Shown: piece after piece, positions 16,729 to 26,414 of the stretch | Layout: each line of letters opens with the position of its first letter | Position numbering within the stretch: the first letter of the stretch is position 1 | Assembly (NCBI GenBank): GCA_030619085.1 | Contig: JAUXCD010000001.1 | Location: 1 to 41,500, forward strand | Length of the DNA: 41,500 nt | Source of the DNA: Candidatus Zixiibacteriota bacterium | GTDB taxonomy: Bacteria > Zixibacteria > MSB-5A5 > GN15 > FEB-12 | Reading direction: 5' to 3' | The notes under the pieces: generated by a model | Database searches by the model: none | The model's input: only the letters and a program-made list of their open reading frames with translations | What the model was told of the DNA's origin: nothing | Made by a program: the position numbers and the translations under genes

Positions 16729-18051
16729 GTGTCACAAGACAGAAAAATAAGGACTTTTCATCTATCCACATACGGTTGTCAGATGAACCTGGCCGATTCA
16801 TCGACCCTCACAACCACCCTGATTACCCGGGGATACCGGCGCGTGGACGATGAAAAAGATGCCGATTTGCTCATCTTCAATACCTGCTCCGTACGTGAGA
16901 AAGCCGAGGAACGAGTGCTCGGTCGTCTGGGCGAGGTCTATCAATATAAAAAAAAGCGACCGCATATGAAAATAGCCGTCGTCGGGTGCATGGCCCAACG
17001 CCTGGGGGAGAAGCTGCGAGCCGAGGTGCCGTATGTGGATTTCGTGCTCGGCACCGACCGCGTTTTCGAGCTTCCGGACGTCATTGAAGGTATCGAGGGG
17101 ACATCGCCGGTGATGACGGCCTTCGGGCATGAGAATATGGACATGATCATGCCTTCGAAAGAAACCTCGTTTTCCGGTTTTGTCACGATCTCTCGCGGTT
17201 GCGACAACTACTGCACCTATTGTATCGTACCCTATGTCCGGGGTAAGGAGCGCGCCCACAGCGCCGACCAGATTGTCGGTGCCATCAGCAAGCTGGTCGA
17301 TGAGGGTGTGGCCGAGGTTACCCTGCTGGGACAGAATGTAAACAGCTATCGTTACGGCGACACCGATTTCCCGAGACTTCTTGAGCGCGTGGCGACCGGA
17401 ACCGGCATTCAGCGAATTCGCTACATGACGTCACACCCCAAAGACCTGTCGGAGCGCCTGGTTGACGTGATGGCCGAGCAACCGAAGGTCATGCAGCACA
17501 TTCACCTGCCGCTTCAGTCCGGATGCAACCGGATTCTCAGGAGGATGGGGCGAGTTTACACTATTGAACATTATCTCAAAACCGTAGAATACATCCGCAG
17601 TACGCTGGATTATGTATCGCTGACGACTGATCTGATTGTCGGTTTCCCTTCGGAGACGGACGAGGAGTACGAGCAAACGCTCGCGGCCGTACGCACTATT
17701 CGATTCGACGGCGCTTTCATGTTTCGCTACTCGGTGCGTCCGGGCACGACCGCGGCCCGCTTCGATGACGACGTAGCGGAAGAAGACAAGATCGATCGGC
17801 TCAACCGGCTGATCAAACTGCAGCAACAGATCGGCGAGGAGCAGAACCAGCGCGAGGTGAACCAGGTGCGCCACGGTATGGTTGAAGGGTTCTCACGACG
17901 CAGCGAGCAGTATTACCGCGCCCGCACCGAAGGCAACAAGATTGTCCTGTTCGAGAGCCAACGCCCTCTTGAATCGGGTACGGTGGTGCCGGTAAGGATA
18001 ACATCCGCGGATGCTTATACATTGCACGGCGATATGATGAGGGTAAACTGA
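16729..18051 (+). CDS. miaB: tRNA-i6A37 methylthiotransferase MiaB (radical SAM)
   Basis: The N-terminal UPF0004 cysteines are present (STYGCQMN, FNTCSVREKAE, VVGCMAQ). The radical-SAM motif is CDNYCTYC. A C-terminal TRAM-like domain is present. I chose GTG 16729, which has GGAG 6 nt upstream. The ORF-track TTG 16690 is less likely. Confidence 0.9.
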   Translation: MSQDRKIRTFHLSTYGCQMNLADSSTLTTTLITRGYRRVDDEKDADLLIFNTCSVREKAEERVLGRLGEVYQYKKKRPHMKIAVVGCMAQRLGEKLRAEVPYVDFVLGTDRVFELPDVIEGIEGTSPVMTAFGHENMDMIMPSKETSFSGFVTISRGCDNYCTYCIVPYVRGKERAHSADQIVGAISKLVDEGVAEVTLLGQNVNSYRYGDTDFPRLLERVATGTGIQRIRYMTSHPKDLSERLVDVMAEQPKVMQHIHLPLQSGCNRILRRMGRVYTIEHYLKTVEYIRSTLDYVSLTTDLIVGFPSETDEEYEQTLAAVRTIRFDGAFMFRYSVRPGTTAARFDDDVAEEDKIDRLNRLIKLQQQIGEEQNQREVNQVRHGMVEGFSRRSEQYYRARTEGNKIVLFESQRPLESGTVVPVRITSADAYTLHGDMMRVN

Positions 18052-20981
18052 TGGGAAGTTTCTCGGTCACGCTGATGGTGCCACTGGCGACTCTGACGGC
18101 ATTGCTATTTCTCGGAGTTAGATTGCGCTTTTTGACCTGCCGGGATACTCCGGGAAGATTCGCGTTCCTCAGCGGCTCTGTGTTTATGTTTGCCGCGGCG
18201 GTCTGGCAGGCGGTCAAGGCTCTGGCCGTTTACAATGTGTGGTTTATCGAGGGAGCTTACGGCTATATAGACATGGCGCAGTACATCGTGTTTCTGCTCG
18301 GTACTTTGCTGGTGGTGGTGGCGTTTTCGTTCTATGCCGATTTCTGGCAGATGCGAGCCGAGGAACTCTTCACCCACGATCAGAAACTGGCCCTCCTGAC
18401 GGATTTGCAGCGTGATGCCCGTGAACCGTACCATTTGCTCGAACTGCTCGATCTGGCTACCAAGGAGATCGTTTCCCACTTGCCGGACACTATGGGCGCC
18501 GTGTTTCTTGTCAACCGTACCCGTCGTCAGTTTGTGCTGGCGTCCTCAGCCGGGCTTACTCAGCAGGAGACGGCGTTTCTGGAACACTATCCGCTTGACC
18601 GCAATATTATCACCCAGTCCATCGATCTGGCCGAGCCGGTGATAACCGGCGGTTTCACCTTCATAGATCCCAATGGTAAAGCGGTCGAGTCACGCTTTCG
18701 TTCGTGTCTGGTGTTGCCGATGGTCTCCGGTTCGGAAAAAATCGGTGGTATCATCCTGTTTTCCCAGCAGGAGCGGCAATTCACGCGGGCCGAGGTGCGC
18801 TTCCTCTTACCGGTGGCCGAATGGCTCGCCGAAAAAATAAACTCGGCCCGTCTCTCGCGCGAACTCACCCAGGTCCGGGGCGAGATCGACAAGTCGCAGG
18901 CCCGCTACAGCGAATTCACCTCCCGGCTGTTGTCAGCTACCGGAGGGAACGAACTCGGCGACACGGTCGAGGCGTTTTGCCAGGGGATTGTCGGTCTGGC
19001 GTCGAGTCAGTCCGTGCATCTTTTTGGTCTGGTCAGCGGTGCGTTGCGCTTTTACGGCGGCAGCGAACCTCTTGCGGATTTGTCGGAGAACTACCGCACC
19101 GCCCTGATTGAAGCTCTCGACAAAAACAAGCCGCTGATAATCAATCAGGAAGCGGTCAGCGAAGAGGGCCGGTCCTATATATCTTTGTCGTCACTGATCT
19201 TCCCGGTACGCAGCCGGGAAGGACGCGATGCGCTGCTTCTTCGCAAGGAATCCTCACCGTTTAAGGTCGGGGATCAGGACCTGAAAGCGCTCGGCGTCTT
19301 CGCCGGTATGGCGCAGCTCGTGCTGAAACTTAACGAGAGCAACCGCCTCAATGTCACACGCCGGAAAGGATTCGAGCAGGTCATCCAGTTGCTTCGCTTT
19401 GAAGATCTGCAGCCGTTTTCCGATAGTCCCGGTCATCTCCTGGAGCATCTGGCCTCGTGTTTGCCGCGTAAGTCGATGTTGGTGTCGCTCGTTAAGCAGC
19501 CGGACGCTTCGTTTGTGGCGGCCGATGCCCGGCATGCTGACAAAAACTCGCTGGGCGACATCCGGGTTTATCCCGGCGAGGGCGAGGTCGGCCGCGTGGT
19601 CACCTCGATGCAGCCGAGATTTGCCTCCGGGCGCAGCCGAGTTTCCAAAGCACTTGAGTCCTACGATATGTCCAACCGCGAGGCCATCCTGAAGCTGTTG
19701 GGGGAGAAGGGCGTGCCCTCGATGATGGCTACCTGCCCGGTTGCCTGCGCGGGCGACGTGGTCGGCGCCGTAATGCTGTTTGTGTTCGATGTTGCCGAGG
19801 ACCAACATAGTGAATGGGAGCGTGTTATTACGCTGATTGTCGGTCTTTACTCCATGGGCCTGACTGTTGAACAGATGCAACAACGTCAGCTTCCGGCTGA
19901 AGGTGCCTCAATCGAGGGACTGGGGCCGGTGGTCAACCAGTTGAACAATTACCTCTCAGCCATAATCGGCAACGCCGAACTGGGGTTGAATCGTGATGAT
20001 ATCACCGGGGAAGTGAAAAGTCAGTTCCGCAGTGTTCTTGCCGAGGCTGAGCAGGCGGCCGGTTACCTGAAGAAATCGCTGGGAGAGCTATCCGCTCCCG
20101 AGGAATATACGCCGCCGCCGGTTACCGATGACACTCAGGACCTGGCGCCCACCGTCGAGCACGTGATTGCGAGTAGTCACATCTCGGATAATCTCTACAT
20201 GATCGCTGGCAGTCCCCGAGAGATCATTTTCAAGTCGACTGCTTCCGGCGTGGCGCTGCTTGGAGATTCTAACATCAAGATATTATTCGAGGAGGCTCTG
20301 GAATCGTTCGCGGCGTTGGCGGAAACTGATGATGTAATCACCGTGTCGGTGTATGAATCCGGCGATTATGTCTATTTGGATATCTCCCGTCATAAGAAAA
20401 ACTTCCCGCCCGTGGAATCCGTGGCCGGTTTTGGAAACTACGAGCCTCCGGACGAGGTCCTCAAGTACCGGCCATCAGATGCTTTCCTGGAGCATCTTCA
20501 TAAACAGGGTGCTTATTCCTTTGACCGGTTTAGCCGCACGCCGTCGTACTTGTCTTTCAAATTTCCTCTTCGGGTTCACAAACCCTCCGGCCCGGTCAAG
20601 CCGCGCTCGACCATCAGGATTCTGGCCATTGACGACCAGGCTATCATCCTGGATCTGCTCACGGCCATGTGCCAGTCGCTGGGCTATGAGATTAAGACCG
20701 CCTCCACCGGCCAGGAGGGGATAAGACTGGCCTCGGAATCGGCTTTTGATGTCGTGTTTACGGATCTGGCAATGCCCGGTATGTCTGGTCTGGAAGTGGC
20801 CAGAAAGATCAAGGCGCTACACGCCGATATACCGATTATTCTGCTGACCGGCTGGGAAGCCAGTGTCGACAGCGACCGCCTGGTCGAATCGGGTATCACG
20901 GAAGTCCTTTACAAGCCCTTCCGTATCGAGCAACTGACCGATGTCATCAAGTCGGTGGTTCAGTCCGGGTCGGTATCATAG
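18051..20981 (+). CDS. Membrane-anchored multi-GAF signalling protein with His-less DHp-like helix, degenerate HATPase-like region and intact receiver (REC) domain
   Basis: 976 aa. Its ATG overlaps the miaB stop (TGATG). It has 3-4 N-terminal TM helices and about three GAF-like segments (for example GAVFLVNRTRRQFVLASSAG...LVLPMVSGSEKIGGIILFSQQE). The DHp-like helix is VVNQLNNYLSAIIGNAELGL, with N-Q where H-E is expected. There is no recognisable N, G1 or G2 box. The C-terminal REC has DD, FTDLAMPGMSG, LLTGW and KPF. Confidence 0.75.
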   Translation: MGSFSVTLMVPLATLTALLFLGVRLRFLTCRDTPGRFAFLSGSVFMFAAAVWQAVKALAVYNVWFIEGAYGYIDMAQYIVFLLGTLLVVVAFSFYADFWQMRAEELFTHDQKLALLTDLQRDAREPYHLLELLDLATKEIVSHLPDTMGAVFLVNRTRRQFVLASSAGLTQQETAFLEHYPLDRNIITQSIDLAEPVITGGFTFIDPNGKAVESRFRSCLVLPMVSGSEKIGGIILFSQQERQFTRAEVRFLLPVAEWLAEKINSARLSRELTQVRGEIDKSQARYSEFTSRLLSATGGNELGDTVEAFCQGIVGLASSQSVHLFGLVSGALRFYGGSEPLADLSENYRTALIEALDKNKPLIINQEAVSEEGRSYISLSSLIFPVRSREGRDALLLRKESSPFKVGDQDLKALGVFAGMAQLVLKLNESNRLNVTRRKGFEQVIQLLRFEDLQPFSDSPGHLLEHLASCLPRKSMLVSLVKQPDASFVAADARHADKNSLGDIRVYPGEGEVGRVVTSMQPRFASGRSRVSKALESYDMSNREAILKLLGEKGVPSMMATCPVACAGDVVGAVMLFVFDVAEDQHSEWERVITLIVGLYSMGLTVEQMQQRQLPAEGASIEGLGPVVNQLNNYLSAIIGNAELGLNRDDITGEVKSQFRSVLAEAEQAAGYLKKSLGELSAPEEYTPPPVTDDTQDLAPTVEHVIASSHISDNLYMIAGSPREIIFKSTASGVALLGDSNIKILFEEALESFAALAETDDVITVSVYESGDYVYLDISRHKKNFPPVESVAGFGNYEPPDEVLKYRPSDAFLEHLHKQGAYSFDRFSRTPSYLSFKFPLRVHKPSGPVKPRSTIRILAIDDQAIILDLLTAMCQSLGYEIKTASTGQEGIRLASESAFDVVFTDLAMPGMSGLEVARKIKALHADIPIILLTGWEASVDSDRLVESGITEVLYKPFRIEQLTDVIKSVVQSGSVS

Positions 20982-21055
20982 CGAAAAGTCCATAGACGGT
21001 TAATCTTACCGGCCTTTTTCCGATAATAATATTAATTGGAAAGGGCTTACTGTAT

Positions 21056-22381
21056 ATGGACAAGATTACAATCATTGAAGAGATCAGACAAAACAAGCAA
21101 CTTTTGTCCCTGCCGCAGGTTCTGTCGGAGATTCTCGAAGAGGTTGGGCGCGAAGATTTTACCTCCGACTCCCTGGCGACCATCATCCTCAAAGACCCTT
21201 CCCTGACGGGTAACATTCTCAGATTGGCCAATTCGGCATTTTATCAGCGGTTCAACGAAATCAAGACGGTCAATCAGGCGATCTCCGTCCTGGGCGTCAC
21301 CACCGTCAAATGCCTGGCCCTTTCGACCACTGTCTTTCACCCTGATAAAATAGCGGGCGAATCCGGTGTTGAGCCCAGAGATTTTTTCAACTATGTCCTG
21401 GGTATTGCTGCCGCCTCCGAGAAGATCGCCCAAATGATTGGCTACGAGTCTCCGGAAGAAGCGCTTATTGCCGGGCTCCTCAACGATATCGGAGTGATGT
21501 ATTTCCTGCATCATTATCCGAGAGAGTACCGCAAGATTATTACCCGTGACGACAACCGGCAGTCGCTGGTCGATGCGGAGCGGGAAGTGCTCGGCATTGA
21601 CCATTGCGAGGTCGGCTCGCATTTGGCTGAAACGTGGAAGTTGCCGGACTATATTGTCAAATCAATTACGGACCATCACAGTCTGACTGACATTGCACAG
21701 AGTGAAACTCTGTCAAACATTGTTCGGCTGGCGGTCCTTCTGGCCAAAGACAACTTCTCCGGGCAGTATTACGGTCTGGAAGAACGACTGGACGCCATCC
21801 ACCGTATCTCCGGTGCCCTATCGCTGTCCAAGAGCAAGGTCGATGAAATATCGTTCTCGCTGATGACCTGGTCGATTGAAATGGCTGAATATCTCGGTCT
21901 CGATATTGGCAACTATGAGGAAATGCTCGCCAAGGCCAACAAGGAGATATGGCAGTCGTACCTGACAATTGAGAACCTCTTCAAGGAACGGCAGGAACTC
22001 AGCCGCAAGTTGCTGGTCGAGGAACGAAACCGGGGCGCCATCGAATCAAAGAATATCGCTATGGCCACCCTGTCGCATTACCTCAATAACGCCGCCATGG
22101 CCATCTACGGCCGTTCTCAGATAATGAGAATGCTCAGTGACAAGGGCAACAGTGAAAAGCTAATCGAGCAGTTCCCGATATCGCTGGACACCATTGACAA
22201 TGCTGTAAAGAAGATCGTGGCGGTACTGGAAGAAATGAAAAAGATCTCTCCGATTGACGAGATTGATTTCTACAATGTTTCCAAGGCGATGAATATCGAT
22301 GATCGGATCAATGAGCGTATGTCGGAAATGATCGAAGATTCCCGGTGGAACGCTCAGGTTGAAGTACTCGAACAGGATTAA
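21056..22381 (+). CDS. HDOD-domain signalling protein with C-terminal coiled-coil and HisKA-like helix, no ATPase domain
   Basis: 441 aa. The HDOD signature is LLSLPQVLSEILEEV...IILKDPSLTGNILRLANSAFY...AISVLGV...GLLNDIGV. After a coiled-coil comes IAMATLSHYLNNAAMAIYGRSQIM, which is DHp-like and has a His. Only ~90 aa follow, with no N/G1/G2 boxes. Confidence 0.75.
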   Translation: MDKITIIEEIRQNKQLLSLPQVLSEILEEVGREDFTSDSLATIILKDPSLTGNILRLANSAFYQRFNEIKTVNQAISVLGVTTVKCLALSTTVFHPDKIAGESGVEPRDFFNYVLGIAAASEKIAQMIGYESPEEALIAGLLNDIGVMYFLHHYPREYRKIITRDDNRQSLVDAEREVLGIDHCEVGSHLAETWKLPDYIVKSITDHHSLTDIAQSETLSNIVRLAVLLAKDNFSGQYYGLEERLDAIHRISGALSLSKSKVDEISFSLMTWSIEMAEYLGLDIGNYEEMLAKANKEIWQSYLTIENLFKERQELSRKLLVEERNRGAIESKNIAMATLSHYLNNAAMAIYGRSQIMRMLSDKGNSEKLIEQFPISLDTIDNAVKKIVAVLEEMKKISPIDEIDFYNVSKAMNIDDRINERMSEMIEDSRWNAQVEVLEQD

Positions 22382-22425
22382 TCAAGTCGGTTGACCCCGC
22401 CCCTCCATTTTATTACCATACGCAT

Positions 22426-23625
22426 ATGTTGAAATTTCTAACGGCCGGTGAGTCGCACGGTCCGCAGTTGACGGCGATTCTCGACGGCATGCCCGCCGGG
22501 TTGCGCCTCGACCGCGAGCAAATCGATTTTCAACTGGGCCGCCGCCAGAAGGGGTACGGACGGGGCGGACGGATGAAAATTGAGAAAGATTGCGTCAAGA
22601 TACTATCCGGTGTCCGACATTCAGTCACGCTGGGCAGCCCGGTCACGCTGGTTATTGAAAACAAAGACTGGGCCAACTGGAAGCGTATTATGGATCCTTT
22701 GGCGCCGCCGCCAAAAAGGCTCAGCGAACGGGAGAAACCGCGCGCCCGGGAGACTTTCTGCCCGCGCCCCGGTCACGCCGACCTGGCCGGTGGAATCAAA
22801 TACAATCATCACGATCTTCGAAACGTCCTGGAACGGGCCTCAGCTCGGGAGACCGCCGCCCGGGTTGCGGTTGGGGCGCTCTGCCGGCAACTTCTCGAGC
22901 ATTTCAATGTCCGGCTAGCTTCTCACGTAGTTCAGATCGGCGCTGTGAAACTTACTGGAAAAGCCCGACACGTTGAATTGACCGCGAACATTGATGCCGC
23001 GGAAAAGTCCGAAGTGCGCTGCATAGACCCGGCCACGTCGGCCAGGATGGTCAAGGCCATCAAAGCCGCCCGGAAGGAGCGTGATTCGCTCGGCGGAGTG
23101 GTCGAAGTGATAGTGCGCGGCCTGCCTGTCGGATTGGGGGGATATTCGCAGTGGACCGACCGGTTGGACGGACTTCTGGCCCAGGCCATGATGGCGATTC
23201 AGTCGGTTAAAGCGGTCGAAATCGGTGCCGGCGCGAAACTGGCCGGTAAACGCGGCTCGCAGGCGCATGATGAAATCTACCTCGATACCAATGCCAATTC
23301 ACCCGGGAAAGGCTTCGTCCGACGTTCCAATCATGCCGGAGGTCTCGAAGGTGGTATCACTAACGGGGAGGATATTATCATACGCGTGGCCGCCAAGCCG
23401 TTGTCCACTTTGAACCGCCCGCTGCAATCGGTGGATGTTCGTACCGGTCAGCCTCGAGACGCGATGGTGGAGCGTACCGATACCTGTGTCGTTCCGGCGC
23501 TGGCTGTGATCTGTGAAGCGGCCGCGGCCTTTGTCCTGGCCGATGCCTTTCTGAGGAAATTCGGTTCGGATAATCTGGCCGAAACCACACGCAATTACGA
23601 ATCGTTCCTCACCGCCGAATACTGA
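22426..23625 (+). CDS. aroC: Chorismate synthase
   Basis: The motifs are MLKFLTAGESHGPQL, GRRQKGYGRGGRM, RPGHADLAG and SARETAARVA. Confidence 0.92.
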   Translation: MLKFLTAGESHGPQLTAILDGMPAGLRLDREQIDFQLGRRQKGYGRGGRMKIEKDCVKILSGVRHSVTLGSPVTLVIENKDWANWKRIMDPLAPPPKRLSEREKPRARETFCPRPGHADLAGGIKYNHHDLRNVLERASARETAARVAVGALCRQLLEHFNVRLASHVVQIGAVKLTGKARHVELTANIDAAEKSEVRCIDPATSARMVKAIKAARKERDSLGGVVEVIVRGLPVGLGGYSQWTDRLDGLLAQAMMAIQSVKAVEIGAGAKLAGKRGSQAHDEIYLDTNANSPGKGFVRRSNHAGGLEGGITNGEDIIIRVAAKPLSTLNRPLQSVDVRTGQPRDAMVERTDTCVVPALAVICEAAAAFVLADAFLRKFGSDNLAETTRNYESFLTAEY

Positions 23626-23725
23626 TGGCTAATCGGACCGTCAAAAGCTGCTTTTCTATATCATGTAAAAGGTTGCCCCCCGCCGGACGATTGCGTACTT
23701 TGACCTCAAAATGGAGGAACTCGCC

Positions 23726-25225
23726 ATGACTTTCAATTATATCACTGGACCACTGGAAGAGATCAAAGTCGATACGATTGTGCTCTTCGTACCGGCCTAC
23801 AAGAAGACAACCAATCCGAGCCTTAAACGGCTCGACAAAGCCTCTGGTATGGCTGTAACCACGCTGTTGGATTCGGAAGAATTCACCGGGAAACAGGGTG
23901 AAAACGCCGTTCTGTATTCGCCCGATGGTTACCAGTCGCGGCGCATTATCCTGGCCGGTCTGGGGGAGAAGAGCGACCTTTGCCCCGATAGTTTCCGCCA
24001 GGCGGCCGGAACCGTCTCCCGTCACAAGGGCCTGTCCGGGTCTGCCAAAGCAGCCTTTTATTTCGACAAGTATGACAACGAGGCCTTTTTTCAGGCTGCT
24101 ATCGAGGGCTATCTGCTGGGTGCGTATACACTGCTCGAATATAAAACCGGCGAGGGCAAGGTCGATAAAAGGAAAATCAAGAGCCTCACTTTTGCCGTTG
24201 CCGGCGCAAAATCGTTGAAAAAGATGACGCGGGCAATCGAGCGGGGACAGATTATCGCTGAGGGGCAGTTGATGGTTCGTGATCTGGCTTCGGCTCCGGC
24301 CAACATGTTGACGCCCCGAATTCTGGCAGCTAAGGCCGAAAAGCTGGCCAGGACGCACAAACTATCGTGCAAGGTGCTCGATGAAAAACAGATTGCCAAG
24401 GAGAAAATGGGCGCTTTGCTGTCAGTCGCCAGGGGGTCAAAAGAGCCGCCCCGCTTTATCGCCTTGCAGTACAAGGGCGGTCGGGCCGGACAGGCGCCGG
24501 TGGTTCTGGTTGGCAAAGGCGTGACGTTTGACGCCGGTGGCATCTCGCTCAAGCAGGCGTTGAACATGCACGAGATGAAAGGGGATATGACCGGCGCGGC
24601 GGTAGTGCTGTCAACTATCGTGACGGCCGCCCGTCTGAAATTGCCGATAAACCTCGTGTCACTTATTCCCGCCACGGAAAACCTGCCCTCCGGTACGGCC
24701 ACTCGGCCGGGTGACATAATCACCTCGCGCAAGGGGCTGACGATTGAGGTCATCAACACCGACGCTGAGGGTCGGTTGATCCTGGCCGACGCTCTCGATT
24801 ATGCCAACGAATACAAACCGCAGGCGGTGTTGGATATTGCCACTCTGACCGGCGCGACGCTATACAGCCTGGGCTATGCCGGTGCTCCCATATTCAGCAA
24901 CCGGCGCACCATCATCAGCCAATTGCAGGCCGCTGCGGGGGCGACTGCTGAGCGCGTCTGGGAATTCCCCATCTGGGATGACTACCGCGAAGGAATGAAA
25001 TCGAGAATCGCCGACTTGGTCAACTCTGGTGGCCGGGACGCCGGTACCTGCAAGGCGGCGGCTTTTCTGGAGAATTTCATCGGTGACTGGCCTTGGGGGC
25101 ATATTGATATTGCTTATGTGGATCTCGAACCCTCAGGCAAGCCGTATACCCCAAGAGGGATTACCGGTATCGGCCTGAGATTGCTGATTGAGTTGCTTTC
25201 CCATTGGAAAAAACCCGGCAAGTAA
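23726..25225 (+). CDS. pepA: Leucyl aminopeptidase (M17)
   Basis: The M17 catalytic region reads LVGKGVTFDAGGISLK, MKGDMTGAA, NTDAEGRLILADAL and ATLTGA. I set the start at ATG 23726, which has GGAGG 8 nt upstream. The ORF-track start is 23711. Confidence 0.9.
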   Translation: MTFNYITGPLEEIKVDTIVLFVPAYKKTTNPSLKRLDKASGMAVTTLLDSEEFTGKQGENAVLYSPDGYQSRRIILAGLGEKSDLCPDSFRQAAGTVSRHKGLSGSAKAAFYFDKYDNEAFFQAAIEGYLLGAYTLLEYKTGEGKVDKRKIKSLTFAVAGAKSLKKMTRAIERGQIIAEGQLMVRDLASAPANMLTPRILAAKAEKLARTHKLSCKVLDEKQIAKEKMGALLSVARGSKEPPRFIALQYKGGRAGQAPVVLVGKGVTFDAGGISLKQALNMHEMKGDMTGAAVVLSTIVTAARLKLPINLVSLIPATENLPSGTATRPGDIITSRKGLTIEVINTDAEGRLILADALDYANEYKPQAVLDIATLTGATLYSLGYAGAPIFSNRRTIISQLQAAAGATAERVWEFPIWDDYREGMKSRIADLVNSGGRDAGTCKAAAFLENFIGDWPWGHIDIAYVDLEPSGKPYTPRGITGIGLRLLIELLSHWKKPGK

Positions 25226-25243
25226 CGAACCCGAATCAACGGC

Positions 25244-25283
25244 AAAGAAAAAGGCCACCCCAAAAGGGTGGCCTTGTTTCTTC
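25244..25283. terminator. Bidirectional rho-independent terminator between convergent pepA and the TolB-like gene
   Basis: Perfect 10-bp stem aaggccaccc (25251-60) pairs with gggtggcctt (25266-75). The loop is 5 nt. An A-rich run lies upstream and a T-rich run downstream. Confidence 0.8.
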
Positions 25284-25314
25284 TGTGTCTATATTCAGAC
25301 CAACTAACGACTCG

Positions 25315-26316
25315 TTACTTCTTTGACCAGGCCGGTGATTTGTCCAGTCCGGGCGGGGTCAACCGGCGGGCACCGTTACCGGTAATATCACAAATCCAGA
25401 CCGAACCATCAGTGGTCGCAAACGTCAGCCACTTCGAATCGGGCGAGAAGCTGGGGGCCACCGTGCTGACGTAGGTGCTCACCGGTGGGGAAAAGACCAG
25501 GTATTTTTGCTTCAGGTCGGGTGTGGCGAGATAAAGGCTGGCATCGTCCATCTTATTGTTGGTGAAGGCGACCCACTTGCCGTCCGGTGACCAGGCCGGA
25601 GCTACCATACCCTGGTTTCGCATGCCCATCAACTTTATCGAGTCGGTCGAGATCATGAACTTTTCGGGTGGAAGGACCAACACACCCTGGGGTCTCATCT
25701 CCGAGAACAACACGCACGCCAGGTCCCCGGCAGCGTTCATCGACGGATTCACCATGAAGTCTTTCTCCATAAACTGCCAGTCTTTGCGAAGAATCTCAAA
25801 ACTGCCGCCATCGGCGCCCATAGTGCAGATCTGGTAGTTAGGTGTGGCTGTGTTTACGAAGTTGGCGTTGAGGTCTTTCCAGAAAACTATGGTCTGGCCA
25901 TCAAGGCTCCATTCCGGGTCCCTGCTGCCGAGATCATCAGTGAGCCGATACCACCACATTCTATTACCGTTCATAGCCGAGTCGGGGTAGGCCAGGAAGA
26001 TGTCATAAACCTTGTGCTTGCCACCCAGCATGGCCGGGCCTTTAACATCAGCCATGCCGCTGCGGGTGAAGGCAATACGGGAGCCATCAGGTGACCAGGA
26101 AAGGCGGCCTTCGGCATTGGTAACCTCGGTTACCACCTGCTGGTCGTTGCCGTTGGCGTTCATTGTCCAGATATTACCATCGCGAATGAAGGCGACTTTT
26201 CCAGTGGGCGTGCCGATCTGACCGGCCTTGTCGGCCGGGAGCTTGTCAGCGCCAAAGACGCTGAAGCTGGCGGCGAGTATAAAGAAACAGGCAATGAGTA
26301 AGGCTTTTAGTTTCAT
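25315..26316 (-). CDS. Periplasmic TolB-like beta-propeller (PD40/WD40-like repeats) protein
   Basis: 333 aa with signal peptide MKLKALLIACFFILAASFSVFG. It has repeated PD40-like motifs: SWSPDGSRIAFT, EWSLDGQTIVFW, AWSPDGKWVAFT, SFSPDSKWLTFA. Confidence 0.75.
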   Translation of the reverse strand: MKLKALLIACFFILAASFSVFGADKLPADKAGQIGTPTGKVAFIRDGNIWTMNANGNDQQVVTEVTNAEGRLSWSPDGSRIAFTRSGMADVKGPAMLGGKHKVYDIFLAYPDSAMNGNRMWWYRLTDDLGSRDPEWSLDGQTIVFWKDLNANFVNTATPNYQICTMGADGGSFEILRKDWQFMEKDFMVNPSMNAAGDLACVLFSEMRPQGVLVLPPEKFMISTDSIKLMGMRNQGMVAPAWSPDGKWVAFTNNKMDDASLYLATPDLKQKYLVFSPPVSTYVSTVAPSFSPDSKWLTFATTDGSVWICDITGNGARRLTPPGLDKSPAWSKK

Positions 26317-26368
26317 AAATTGGTTCCTATATCGGGTCCGCAGTTATCGCTGTCAAATTTATCCGCTA

Positions 26369-26396
26369 AAAATAAAGCCAATACATTGCCTGTCAA
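26369..26396 (-). promoter_or_regulatory. Candidate promoter for the TolB-like gene (TTGACA-16 nt-TATTTT on the minus strand)
   Basis: On the minus strand, TTGACA is at 26396-26391 and TATTTT at 26374-26369. A second TTGACA lies at 26356-26351. Confidence 0.35.
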
Positions 26397-26414
26397 TGAA
26401 TTATTTTAAATCTC

